Part shown: one piece after another, positions 22,836 through 34,973 of the stretch
Layout of the letters: every line of letters starts with the position of its first letter
Numbering within the stretch: the stretch's first letter is position 1
Assembly (NCBI GenBank): GCA_965649825.1
Contig: OZ287694.1
Coordinates: forward strand, 681,197-745,196
Source of the DNA: Penicillus capitatus
Lineage: Eukaryota > Plantae > Chlorophyta
Direction: 5' to 3'
Length of the DNA stretch: 64,000 bases
Position numbers and translations under genes: made by a program
Notes under the pieces: generated by a model
Database searches by the model: none
Told to the model about the DNA's origin: nothing
The model's input: only the letters and a program-made list of their open reading frames with translations

Positions 22836-25800
22836 TCACAATCCTGAGGAGAAACCCGCCGAATCTCGTCTGGCGTTCAGGCCAATGTTTGTTTGCTCCT
22901 CATCGGCTTTGGATTTGCGAATGAAGCTTCTCATGCGAGGGACATTCTGCGCCACTTTGAAGATCATGAACTCGCGCATCACTCGCAAATTGCCAAGCGT
23001 ATCGATCTGTGGAACCTCTTCTATTCCCAGTACGACACGCATATAGGCAAAGGTTGCCTGAGAAAAGACAAAGCCCAAGAAAGCCAACAGTCCACAGATC
23101 GACAGAAAAAATAAAACTGATAGCACTACCCTCAGAGCATTTCCGATCCGATCGTCATTGAATAAGAGAGCCATGACAAAGGTAATGTTCGAGAAAAAGA
23201 GAACGGCCTCTTCATACACATTCAGACTGGCAAATTCGTTTCGGAAGGGATGACATATCGTGTGCAGGTACAGTGCCGTGGTCAGGATGCAGACGGCAAG
23301 GATGGCTTGGAGGTTCGATCCTAGGTGGTATCCAAATGCCACGACGATCGTCAACAGCGCTTTTCGGAAGAGGACAAGAGATTCCCAATAGATAAACCTG
23401 TCGGCGTAAGCCCGATACAGAAACGCTGTGGCATCCATAAACCAGCTCTCGTGAGAAGGATCGCGGCTTCTCTTTCTCAGCAGCTTCCACGACAACAGCA
23501 CTGGGAATCCGATCGTGAAGAAAAGGAGGACGGGTAGGCCAAGGACACTGACAAGGATGGCATGGGATCCTGCGAAACACTCGACGGTGGTCGCCTGTGT
23601 CCAGCGATAGCTCGTGCTTTCTGCGCCCGTGTGAATGAATTGGTGCACTCGGACGCAGGAAAGCATGTTCGCGGCGTTTTTTGTGATCCAGACATAGGTC
23701 AGGTAGGAAACTGCAAGGAAGCTCAATGACCACCTCTTCTTCAAATACTCCCAGCTTTCTGCGGATCTCATCGCCACGCAGAACCAGAAAACGCCGTGCA
23801 GGAGGAGAGCGGTAACTGGAACGGCTATGGTGACGATCGGGCGAAGGATGGACCGGGGGAAGGCGGCCTCCACCGGAATGAGACATTCGATGGAAAAGGA
23901 CGCCGTGTTCAACATCATGCCTCCAACGACATCTATCCATCGAACAGTCTGTCCCTTGTCCGAAAGCGGGACGATGGCGGCCTACCTGTTGCCGAGATCA
24001 GCGACTTTGCCGAGGATGTCCAGTTGGAATTGATGTATATCGCCACCGAAATCATCTGTAAAAAATTGATCGTGATCTGGAAACAAGAGATTCTTTACGG
24101 AGCCGCATCTGATGCTGTATGTACCTTAAAGATCTCGACGAGTTTCCATTTGGCCAGTTCGGCTGACAGTTGGCTATCTTCGTCGCTTCCACGACTGCCT
24201 GCGATCTCGGTCGCCTGGCGCCTTGATGGGACGACTCTGCTTGACGGACCACCGAGTTCTGCCAACTGGAGTTCTTCCGGAACAGAAACGGTCCTGATCA
24301 GCTTGCGTGCTGGCACTTGGCGAAGGAGCCGCGCGATGTCTTGTCCACTTGATAGAGCTGGTCCCAGACTACTCTTGATGGCGAAGCTGCTGAGTGCCAA
24401 AACGACGACAACAGAGAGAACTAGGTAGGCAATGCTCAGGTCCTTGTCACATCGGTCGCAGTCCAAAGAAGACGTATGACCGTATCCACTTCTGCATTCA
24501 CCACAAAGTGGTCCTCTGTATCCCTGCTTCACGAGAGATAGCAGAAAAGGGGTTAGGAAAACGAACACGAGACCTCATTGCATTGTTCTTCGGCGTAGGC
24601 ACTTTCAATTGCCGCATTGAGATCACAGTCGTGCATATCTCTTGTGATGGCGACCAGCTGCGCCTCTCGATCAAAATCGCACGCCGATTGGCTCAGGCAT
24701 TCCTGCATGTGCACGGAGCACGGATACGGATGCCAGTACTTTCGGTTCGGCTGAATGACGTTATCGAATGCACAGTTTGCATTCGGAGGACACGGCTGAC
24801 ACGCGTCATCCTCGGGTGACATTCGATACTGAGTCTCCGTACAGCGAACACATAGTTTCTTCTGCTCCGTCGGCGCTTCGCCGATGACACACGGCCGGAC
24901 GGTGATGTCCATGGACAGGTAAGGCAGCAGTGCTTCACTGAATGCAATCTTAACACCGTAGTCTCCGGGAACTTGCAGTACTCGTATCTCTGAGAAGTTT
25001 GCCGTTCCGTCCTTCATCAGCACGCTGATGTTTCCAGGAAGGAGAGGACGATTCAGTGGCTCCGAAGAGAGCGTTGCTCTGACGACTGCTTCAGTAGTGC
25101 CGACAGCGGAGCCCTGATTGAACGCATCCACGACTCGAAGTCGAATCGTCGGAAGCAAATCGCCACTTCGGTGAACGGGTAGAGAATACACCGTTCCTTG
25201 CACTTTCTCACAGACATCTCCTACGCCGCGTTGCTCATCTTCGACGCACCAACTAATTCGCCGAGCGTAGGAAGCCACTTCCTTTCCGGAAAGACGGGCC
25301 TTATTCGCTGTCCATTGGTCGCACACCCACTCGAGGGAATCCAGGATGTGTAGAGCGCTGCTGGTCCCCTCATCGGCGAGAGTTGGCATAGGCTGGTTGT
25401 GGTTGTCAGGACAGGCGACCCGGATGGCTGTTGGATCACCTGCGAAAAGAGCACCTCCCGATTCAGCTGCGTTCTTCGTCAGAACGCTGTCGATTAAGGC
25501 CATCAGCGTACAGGAAGTGCCAGAGGCACTGCAGTCTCCTTTCGTTTTCATACCAGAGAAGAAAATTCCCCCTACCAGCAAACAAGCTTAGCGAAACACT
25601 AGATCCAGTCTGCGTCACCTCCCAATGTTGCTCGGTTTCCTTCGAAACGGCAAATGTCAAACTGATAAGCGATGCCGTGTGGTATGGTATCATCTATGTA
25701 GACTGCACCGCCAGCGTCGAGCGCCCTGTTGTCCTCAAAAACGCAGCCAGAACAAAAGAAGGAGGCATTCATTTGTGCATGAATACCACCCCCGTCTGTC

Positions 25801-28800
25801 GTCGCCGAGCATCTCACGATGTGGAGATCTGTGGCGTTGATATAGGATGCTTCCACACTGATTGCTGCACCTTTGGCAGCAGTGGATTTTGAAATGTCGA
25901 CGCCAGCAAGGGTGATTCGGCTTCCAGTCGACGCCCTTATAGATCCACCTTCATAAGTCGCGTCATCTTTCTCGAAGAGCGCCTCCTTGATGAAGACAAC
26001 GGATCGGTCAACTGCCATGGATCCACCCCTTCCAGCCCTGCCATTCTGAAATCTATTCCTTTCCAGAACCAGATTGCTTTCTTGGACAAAGAGTGACCCG
26101 CCAGTGTCGTTGCTCATGTTGTCGACGAAGTTGCTTGCCGTTATCGCCGCAGGTCCCCCACTTTCCAAAAAGGCTCCTCCGCCAAGACCAGCTTTGTTTC
26201 CAAGGAATGAGCAGGAGTCAATCGTCAGGCCAAAGCAGTCCCGACAGTTGATTCCTCCGCCGCTTTTGCCTGCCACGTTCTGCTCCAGAACCACGACAGA
26301 TCCACTCATCCAAGCTTCGAATATGTACATGGCGCCGCCATATCCTTCAGCGCGGTTGTTGGAAAACCACAAGGTGGAGAGAGAAACATTCGATGTTCGC
26401 TCGGTGAATAGGGCTCCTCCCGTGGACGCTTCGCAAGAGGAAAACTGTGTGTCGCTGACGACAAGAGTACTCTTGCGTGCGAAGACGGCGCCGCCGTACG
26501 AAGCGCGATTCTTCTCGAACTTAGACGAGGTGATCTCGCAAAAGCTGTCCTCAAGAAGACAGATGCCGCCGCCGAGAACGGGGTCCTTGTTTGCGAGGAC
26601 GGTGACGTTCGTCATCTTCAGTACGGCATCCGTCACGTCGACGGCAGCTCCGCGATCCACGGCGAAGTTGTGGCTCAGTTCTGAATCGCGAATCTCCACT
26701 CGGCTTCTCTGATCGCACTGGATTCCGCCGCCGAAGAACAAGGTTGCGTTGTTCTTGGTGATTGTCGATGATCGAATGGAGACAAGTGCGTTCGTGGATC
26801 CGATGCCACCCTTGGACTTGGCGGTATTGTGCTTGATGTGACATCTTGCTATGAATCCGGCGGATTTGGACAACCTCAGCGCTCCGGATTCTTCTCCAGC
26901 CCAATTCCCTGACAATACGACAGACGTGGCGTTCAAATGGCCTCTCTCGATCACGTTGATAGCACCGCCCCTGTTCTGCGCTTTGTTGTCAGCAGCTGTG
27001 CAATTCGTCAGCGTCACATGTGACGTAGCTGCGTGTACAGCGCCTCCATCTTTCTCGACGACGTTCTTCACGAAATTCGTCGCTTCGAGAGTCGCCTGAC
27101 CCTGAGTGACGGCTATTCCTCCTCCCTCTTCGGCTTTGTTGTTCCGGAATACGCACGAAAGGGTACCAAGAGCCGAAGCGTTGACGTGCAAACCGCCGCC
27201 AGAATTAGCAGAATTGGCATTCATCTCTGTTTTCTCGAGGCGGACTGAAGACTTGACGATGCACATTCCGCCTCCGTTCCTGGCAGAGTTATCGCTGATG
27301 TCAGCGTGAGTGATATACCCCCAGATGTCTTCGGCGTAGAGACAGCCTCCTCCGTTCTCGGCGCTGTTGCTGACACACGTCAGCTGAGATATGTTGACGG
27401 ACGTCTCCTTTACGTAGATGGCGCCTCCAGAATGTGTGGCCGCGTTGCGTTTGAATGCACAGTTGTCGATCTCCAGTGATCCACCAGAAGCGAACAATCC
27501 TCCGGCATCACCTCGCACTTGGTTGTCTGTGAATTTGCAGTTGCGGACTCTGGCGGAGCTTTCTGTCGAAGAAACTGCGCTTCCTCGTGTGATTTCCGTT
27601 GAGGTGACCGCAAAACCCGAGTGCTCAACGACTGCCAGTGCGATTCGAAGAGCCTCTTCTGTCTCTTGAACCGAAGCACGATTTCTTTCGAATACGCAAT
27701 CCACGATCTCTGCTTCGCTGTCACTTTCCACCCGTACGAGCGGTCCCTCCGAGTTTGCCACAAAGAAGGAACTCGTCAACTTCAGTGTTCCGTTTGTGAC
27801 GTGCAGACCAGGAATCTCATTCCTGCTGAAGTTGAGGCCGACAACCGTTGTCGACGACCTTGATGCGGCATGCAACAGCGACAGTGCAGAGGTCTGGCGC
27901 GGGGCGTCCACTGGCACGTTTTCGCTGAGCACGACCTTTCTCAGGTGACTGGCGGAGGAAAGCCTGGCGAAGCAGGCCTCTCCGCACGTGTTGCCTGAGA
28001 ACTCGACGCCGACCATCTCCACGCTTGAGCAGTTGGAGCGACGGGAGGAGAATGCGCTGGCTCCGTTCAATGCGTTTCGACGGAACGCCACGCTGCGCAG
28101 CTCGATCACTCCGTCCGACGTCTCCGCATCGCACTCGTCGACCTCGACGATAGCCTGGTCTTCCCCGTCCAGGGAGCAACCCTCGAACGCCACATCTGCA
28201 AGAACCGCGTTCGGCGTCCTGCGAGCCGACGGCGTCAGACCCTCAGCAAAAGCGAGAGCAGTCACCTGAGGAGAAGGACGCCCGATCCTGGAGGACATTC
28301 GAATCTCGTTTTCCTCTGCCGTTTGGCTGAAGTCGATCCTTCGCGTCCGGTCTTCGTTCTGCTCGATCTCAGCGTCAGGTCGTGCGGCAGCGTGATCCGC
28401 CTCGGGGGCCTGACGGTCGTCGTGACGTCGAGAAGGACGACGTCTCCCTCTCTGCTGCAGTTGACGACTTTCTGCAGGTCATGGGATATCTCCTTCAAGA
28501 ACTGGTCGTCAACCGTCCACCTTCGGGACCCCGCGTCGAAGATATTATCGATCTCCTTCTCGGTCAGCTGACAGCTGAACTCTGCACACATGGAGCTGAT
28601 GTCATTTTACAGACAATGCAGATCGAACCTTCATTGTTGTTGCGGTTGTCGGTGCGTCGCTGAAGCAGTGAACGGACAACCGTCTGCTCCTATTCATAAG
28701 CAATAGTCATTCTGCGAGTGCAGTTGCATGACGTTATAATTACGTAGTGATGTGTCTTGATTGTTGCGCGTGCTTCATGACCTGTTCGCAAGCAATGCGA

Positions 28801-29077
28801 AACGGACAGTTCTCCTACGCACACCAGGTGTCCATTATTCCAAAACATGTTGTCTGGCAAAAGAGAGGGAAAACTCATCTAGTCCGTTAAACTCGAGCCG
28901 TCAACAAAACACCGCAGTTTTCTTCCACTGTGTCATATAGTTAAGACAGGCACCTTGCGTTTGAAGTGAGCGTTTTGACATTGTTTTTGAATTGCACTGG
29001 ATATTTGAACCTCCTTGGACGACACTCGACAAGATTCCAACGACAACAGACAACAATGCTCTGTAGAGTGTCTTCAT
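22836..29077 (-). CDS. Receptor-like protein A: signal peptide, long parallel beta-helix (PMP GGA(I/V)/FxxN repeats), Cys-rich ephrin-receptor-like region, multi-pass TM domain; multi-exon
   Basis: Signal MKTLYRALLSVVVGILSSVVQG; RSLLQ motif; 899-aa exon of GGAI/GGAV and FxxN repeats; CVRCTETQY...CQPCPPNANC and GYRGPLCGEC; TM region with RAYADRFIYWESLVLFRK. 5' splicing is ambiguous. Confidence 0.85.
27210..28686. repeat. Near-identical inverted repeat arm 1 (partner 35314-36790), 1477 bp
   Basis: Reverse complement matches 35314-36790 with only scattered substitutions, including two introns, except a diverged tract at about 27590-27697. Confidence 0.95.
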
Positions 29078-30959
29078 GCTGAACAGTGTTTTCTCAGGGT
29101 GCCGTCTTGTGAATGACAGCGACTCTCTTGGCGCTTTTTTAACGAATGCGTCACAAGCACTTGCAAACAACTGGTCTTGGAAGAAGAACACCCCTTTCTA
29201 GAGGGCTCTTTGCCTTTTGCGACCTCTTGCAAGGACCGATTTTTGACTAAAGTATATGTCCTAGTCTTCTTCTTATGCTTCTGTCAAATTCTCGAAGTGA
29301 CACAACGCTGCTATGGCGTCAGATACGCGACTGATAGCACCCACCCTGGCATGCTACCATCTACATGGGATACTGTGTGGTACGCGTCTATTGCTGCCAC
29401 GTGTCTCTTCAACCGACTGAACCGCGGAGAAACGACGCAGTAATGCGTTAAGAGCAAAAGTCGAGGCCCGAGAACACAGTCAGCGTCTTCTGCAGGAGTC
29501 TCCGCTCACCGCGTCTCAGTCTACCGGAGGCAAATACGTTCGTCTGCCGCAACTGGCCTGCGATTTTCAATTTCGCGGCGAAGAGGAAAGGGGTTTTCGC
29601 AGCGTCTCTTTGGCGCAGCATCGTTTTCTAAAACGCACCTTGCTTGCGCTACGTCAGAAGATGATGATGTGAAGGACAGCTCACGTTTGAGGTTCTCACA
29701 CCATTCTGCTGTCGAACGCTAAGAAACTCAAGTTTCATATCGCAGCATCAACTTTGGCACACGAAAAAGAAAAACACAAACGGAGCCAGATTCGAGATGA
29801 CAACACGGTTGCCGTTTATGAAATGCTTCGAATGGGATGGTGCAATAATCCCAGAGATACTTCGTTCTCGTAGCTACGTCTAGGAAGAGGTTGGAATACG
29901 AACCACTCACCTGCAGCTCGTTTGCCTGATGCTTTGTTGAATTGGTCTAATAACAGAGCAAGCGTTCTTGGAGTGTGTATGTGAAATCCCTGTACGCTTC
30001 CACGTCGGATGGTAACCGCACGACTCCCTTTTCGACGCACAAAACTCTGCTAAAAACATCATCTAGCCGATAGTAGAACTTTGATTTTTCTTAGTGCACT
30101 TAAACATCGAGAAACTGTAGCATTCGCGGTGGTGGCAACGAAGCTCGACATTGAACGATACCAAATGAGGCGCGTGTATAACTCCAGGGAGTTTTAGTAC
30201 AACCTAAAACCGGTGTCATGCCGAGAACCGGCAAACAGAGTGCTATCGGGCCCTGCGACTAGGCTGACTTCCGACTGACCGCTGCTGTATATATCCGTGA
30301 ACGCATGGGAACTGCAACTCAACACACGGCCGTGAGCATTTGGTTATTTACATAGAATGGACGGACGCACTTCATCTTCTAAGGAACGGCGTTTTGCTGT
30401 CGGATACGGGAACACGCTGTCTCTGGTCGAATCGCTTTCGTTCATTCGCCGCCGCCGACTGCTTCTAACATTGTACGGCATTCGTCAGATGTTCATAGTC
30501 GATGTGACAGGACTCTTCGTGTTGCCACGCCGCAATTCGTTCCAGAACAGCGCTGCCTTCTGAGCACGAGTGGCTGAGAATGTGAAAGGTTCGTTCTTTG
30601 TAAATACCTTTTCACTGTCACTGAGTATGGCATGCTTCCATCCTGCAAACAGGCTTTGAACATATCAGTCGCAAACCTCTTTTTCTACGTTCTTTTCTTG
30701 GTCCATGTTCTCATCATGCTGTTCAGGAGCAGCTTCGAGCGTTGCCACATCAAAACATGAAACGGGATCTTGACTGTTGCTCGCCACGGATTCCAGAGAT
30801 GCACTTGCAGAGTTCCACGACATTGATTCTGAACCGGAATCTTCCGCGATGAATGTCACAGTACTAGGAAGGCTGGTCTCCTCCACCAATTTCTGTGGCA
30901 GGCATTCTTCCTGTCCACTGCAGGCCTCCATTAGGGACTTGTCGGTGGCCGACACATGC

Positions 30960-31950
30960 AGACAGTTGACAATAGTGTTTGATAATATCTGCTTCAAGCA
31001 AGGAAACGAACCACATCTATCTGCCACTCATCCTTGTGCGCTGCAGTCAGACAGGCTAGCAGCGCAATTCTTGAAGAAATCGCGACAAACGTGGTAGCAT
31101 CGACCTGGCGCGTCAGATAGCGAGAATCACCTGAGGAGCACGCAACGTTAAACGGGTCCAGATTCTGCATCGGAGCAGTAGAAGGGAAATGGCTTTGGTT
31201 ACAGGAATCGTCGAAACAGTCGTTTGTGTACGTCTCCTCTCGAAGTTTGCATGTTATTGCACGAAGATTGAGCAAAGACTCTGTGCGCTTCGACGGTCTT
31301 ATCAAAGATGCCGGGAGGAATTTGCGAACCAGTTAAAACAGAACTAGCGAAGGACATTATCAAATCGACCGAACTACGAGCGCTATTAAGAAAATGGATA
31401 GGGAGACCAAAGCTTGACAACCAAACAGATGACACACGCAATAGAATTGAAGCCACACAGATCATTTTAGAAGCCTTTGTAAGTGAATTATTCTATTATT
31501 TTATTAGTTGATTATAGTATAATGTCGGAAATGCTTTTAACACCTTGATTGTCTAAAGCTATCCAGACGCTTATAACGGACGTATTTGACATCATGAAGG
31601 AAGAAATGAAAGAACTTGAAGGCAAATTAGAAACACACTCCAAACTTAGATAAAGGAGATACATGGTACAAGCGATACGAAAGCCTTTAAACGACGCCAA
31701 GTCTGAGAGCCGAGACATTAAGAAAGGATCCGAATACATCGAAGGACAACTGTTTGCAAGAACTTTTATGTACTACAGACTCATAGTACTTAAGGATGAG
31801 CCAGATTACGATTAATGAGTTTTTGGCAAGTGTCGGCGGAGTTAATCAAGAACGTGATTATATTGTGAAATTGACATTTAAGAAGAGAAGAAACGTTCGT
31901 CGGGCGCTATGAGAGTACAAACTGATAGGGTACCTCGAACGTCACATCCC
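30960..31950 (+). repeat. Second copy of the about 1-kb dispersed gene-relic repeat (partner 4190-5235)
   Basis: Direct alignment by eye; same conserved frame and intron-like tract. Confidence 0.85.
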
Positions 31951-33659
31951 ACCGAAACTTTCTTCTGCGCCTTTGTGGGTGCATATTCTACGGCTCGATC
32001 CTTCTCCATAGAAAGAGAGAATCACAATAGCGTTAGCTCCCTATTAGAAGACAGGATGACTTGAGCACAATTTGAATCATAAGGTTTTCGATATCAAATA
32101 TTCTGGACAAAGCAAGGAGGACATTGGAATGTGTAAACGTTTCATGTAGACAGTCGAATGTTGATGCCGGTCGGCTCTTCTTGTTTTAAGCTTCATAGAA
32201 TATTGAAAGCATTAACTGGATAGACTGTCGATTGAAAAGCATTCTGGGCGGGAGAAGTGTATAAGTACTATGTACTTCTAACGCTATCCTTGACACCAAG
32301 GACGGAGACAAAAGTGTTCTCTTGTCGAGAACTGAGTATGGTAGATAGAACATACAAAATCGGAAGACAAAGGAAGACGGTTCATAGAACACAATTCTTC
32401 CGTGAGACAATAGATACTTAGGGAAACCGGATCTCAAAGTTCAACATTTGTTTGTACCGTACGTATCTTTATTTTTTGCTGCTGAGAAAGAAACAGATGA
32501 CCAAGAACAAGAATTCGGTAGATACTTCTGAAAGCCACCGAAGTGCATTTATTCGTTGGTGTTATTGTATAGAGTGATGCCTATAAGTCCGTCCAATTAC
32601 ATACTACAAGTCGACACTAAATTTATCCTTCTAGGGCATTTCACAGTGTTTTTTCATACGGTCTCTCGTATGATTGGTATTAGAACGTAGGATTTCTTGA
32701 TGACTTGTTTCCCAACCGCAGACAAAGGAGTTTGCCGACTTTGTTCCTTTCCTAACTTAAGTGAGTGCAACTTACTACCGAAGCATAACCGATCTGACAA
32801 GGCCGTTGTTTAACAACGCAATTCACACACACCATTTGCTTCTGGTGCACTTTCCGTTGCGCAGAATGATCATGCCATCGAAAAATGCGTAACACTGTCT
32901 CTCAGATTTCGTACAGTCAACCGATCGACGCCTAAAATGACCCATTGACTAGACATCTAAAACAACTCAATTCATCTAGCTCTGCATCTGAATAGAATGT
33001 CGCCGTTCTGACGGTAACAAAATGGTTGCCTTGATCACACACAGACTGGTCCTACTTTTTAGTCAGATAGCAAGCAATCAATGAAGAGATAACGGGCTAT
33101 GTTCCGGACAGTCATGAAAAAAAACAAAGGGAGGATAAGAGTACCGTTCGTACTCGTCTTTCCTGCCCTTCCGGTTATTCCTCTGTTCTGGCTTGCACGT
33201 CGAACGATGTTTTGCGTGGAAGATCTTTTCAGCAGTCCGCGCTGGGTTGACGACGTTGCAACGCGTCAAGCTCGACTTTAGTCCAAGTGCTGTTCTTGTC
33301 GTAGCGTGCGCGTCGCTCGGTGGTCCACCGTGTCCAAAAACGAAGTTCATCTGAACCGTAACGCTGAACAAACAAACAGTCGGTACACCGTCGATTCTGC
33401 CGACGCAGATGACGGAACGTATGGACGTTGGGCTCTCGCTTTGCACGATTGACTTGTTTGCCCGCCAAGGAAGACGTCTCGATATCCTCAGACCACTCCT
33501 GGCTTCGAGCATCGTCGTGTTTATCTAATCAGTGAACAGGAGGGACCCCCAGATCATCTTGGCATACCTGTTATCATCGAGGGCGATCTCACTATCCATC
33601 CCTGTGCTCGTGGATTCAGTACCTCGTAAAGCAAGATGCCATGGCAGCAGATGTTATAC

Positions 33660-33915
33660 TGACTGTGCGATGCTGCTGTTTGGATGACTGTGCGATGCTG
33701 CTGTTTGGATGACTGTGCGATGCTGCTGTTTGGATGACTGTGCGATGCTGCTGTTTGGATGACTGTGCGATGCTGCTGTTTGGATGACTGTGCGATGCTG
33801 CTGTTTGGATGACTGTGCGATGCTGCTGATGTTATACTGACTGTGCGATGCTGCTGATGTTATACTGACTGTGCGATGCTGCTGTTTGGATGACTGTGCG
33901 ATGCTGCTGTTTGGA
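33660..33915. repeat. Minisatellite: 25-bp unit TGACTGTGCGATGCTGCTGTTTGGA (A) and 28-bp variant ending GATGTTATAC (B), order A6-B2-A2
   Basis: Units counted directly; a partial B tail precedes the array at 33644-33659; no spacers. Confidence 0.97.
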
Positions 33916-34973
33916 TGTGACCTTCGTCGTGTCCTTCGCTAGGCAGATCGACGCGGCCTGTCACATCAAAGGAGACCTGAATGTCTGGGATGCACGAACT
34001 CTCTCTGTTTTCCCTAGAAGGGGTAGGTTACCTCTTTGGGTGAGAATGGCAATACACCGGTCCGTGGTTTACATGTCTGATGTACTCGGATGATTGCCAT
34101 CAGTCCACTTAATGAATAGCCAGTCGACAACATGACTGGTGGGAGATCGGCTCGCAACAGCGGTAAGCCCTAATCTCCTTCGAATCCAACGCAACGGCGT
34201 GACAGTCATCGTTTGCGTGACTGTCTTAGGAGTGAGTGTCCTGTCCATCTGGCACGTCACATCGGTGGAATGCGTCTACAGACTATTCCTCATCGCTGGC
34301 TGGCACGCTGTTTCTTGGGTTTTAGATAACGATCGATGCAGGTTCCATTGCTAAACACAACACAGATGTCAAGATGCTTGACATCTGAAGACACCAGATC
34401 TCCCCTTCAGTTGCTAAACCGGACAGCTTGACACTGACTTCCCTCATATGAGTTGTAAAAGCTGCGACTCCATGGATCGCAACGAACGAACAGCGCGGCT
34501 TTCGCACTTACCGACGAAACACACTGTGCAAACAGCTTCACTAGGGCTCCTTGTCCTTGAGCCGCCACGAAGTCGTCCTCTTTGACACATTCAGGTCGAC
34601 CGAGTCCGACACGTGGCAATACAAGACAGTTTCGTCGCCGTGCAGATGATGATGCTGCTCAATATGAGAATCTTTCCGTCGTGCGTCAATCGCCACCCAC
34701 ACTGCATCATTCGCTGTGACACCTGACACCGTTGTTGTGTCATTACCAGAATCGAAAAGGAAGCGAAGTCATCTGTCGCAGGGGGGACCACCATACGGCA
34801 CGCAAGCGTCGCTTTCACTAGAACGTCTGCCTTGCTTCACTTTTCGACACTTTATTTTTTTAGCCAACGCGTGCATCGTCATGTGCTCGCTACGGAAATT
34901 CACTGCTGCGAAACATATCGAACGAAGCAGCTGTGCTACACAAGGATGGAATCTTTGGGCGATACTGCCCGTA

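Noticed and set aside
25599-28298. Bacterial (chlamydial Pmp/autotransporter) insert or contamination
   Set aside because: The gene has spliceosomal introns, no autotransporter beta-barrel, and a eukaryotic Cys-rich plus multi-TM C-terminus.
33660-33915. CRISPR array
   Set aside because: The repeats are contiguous with no unique spacers, there are no cas genes, and the context is eukaryotic; it is a minisatellite.
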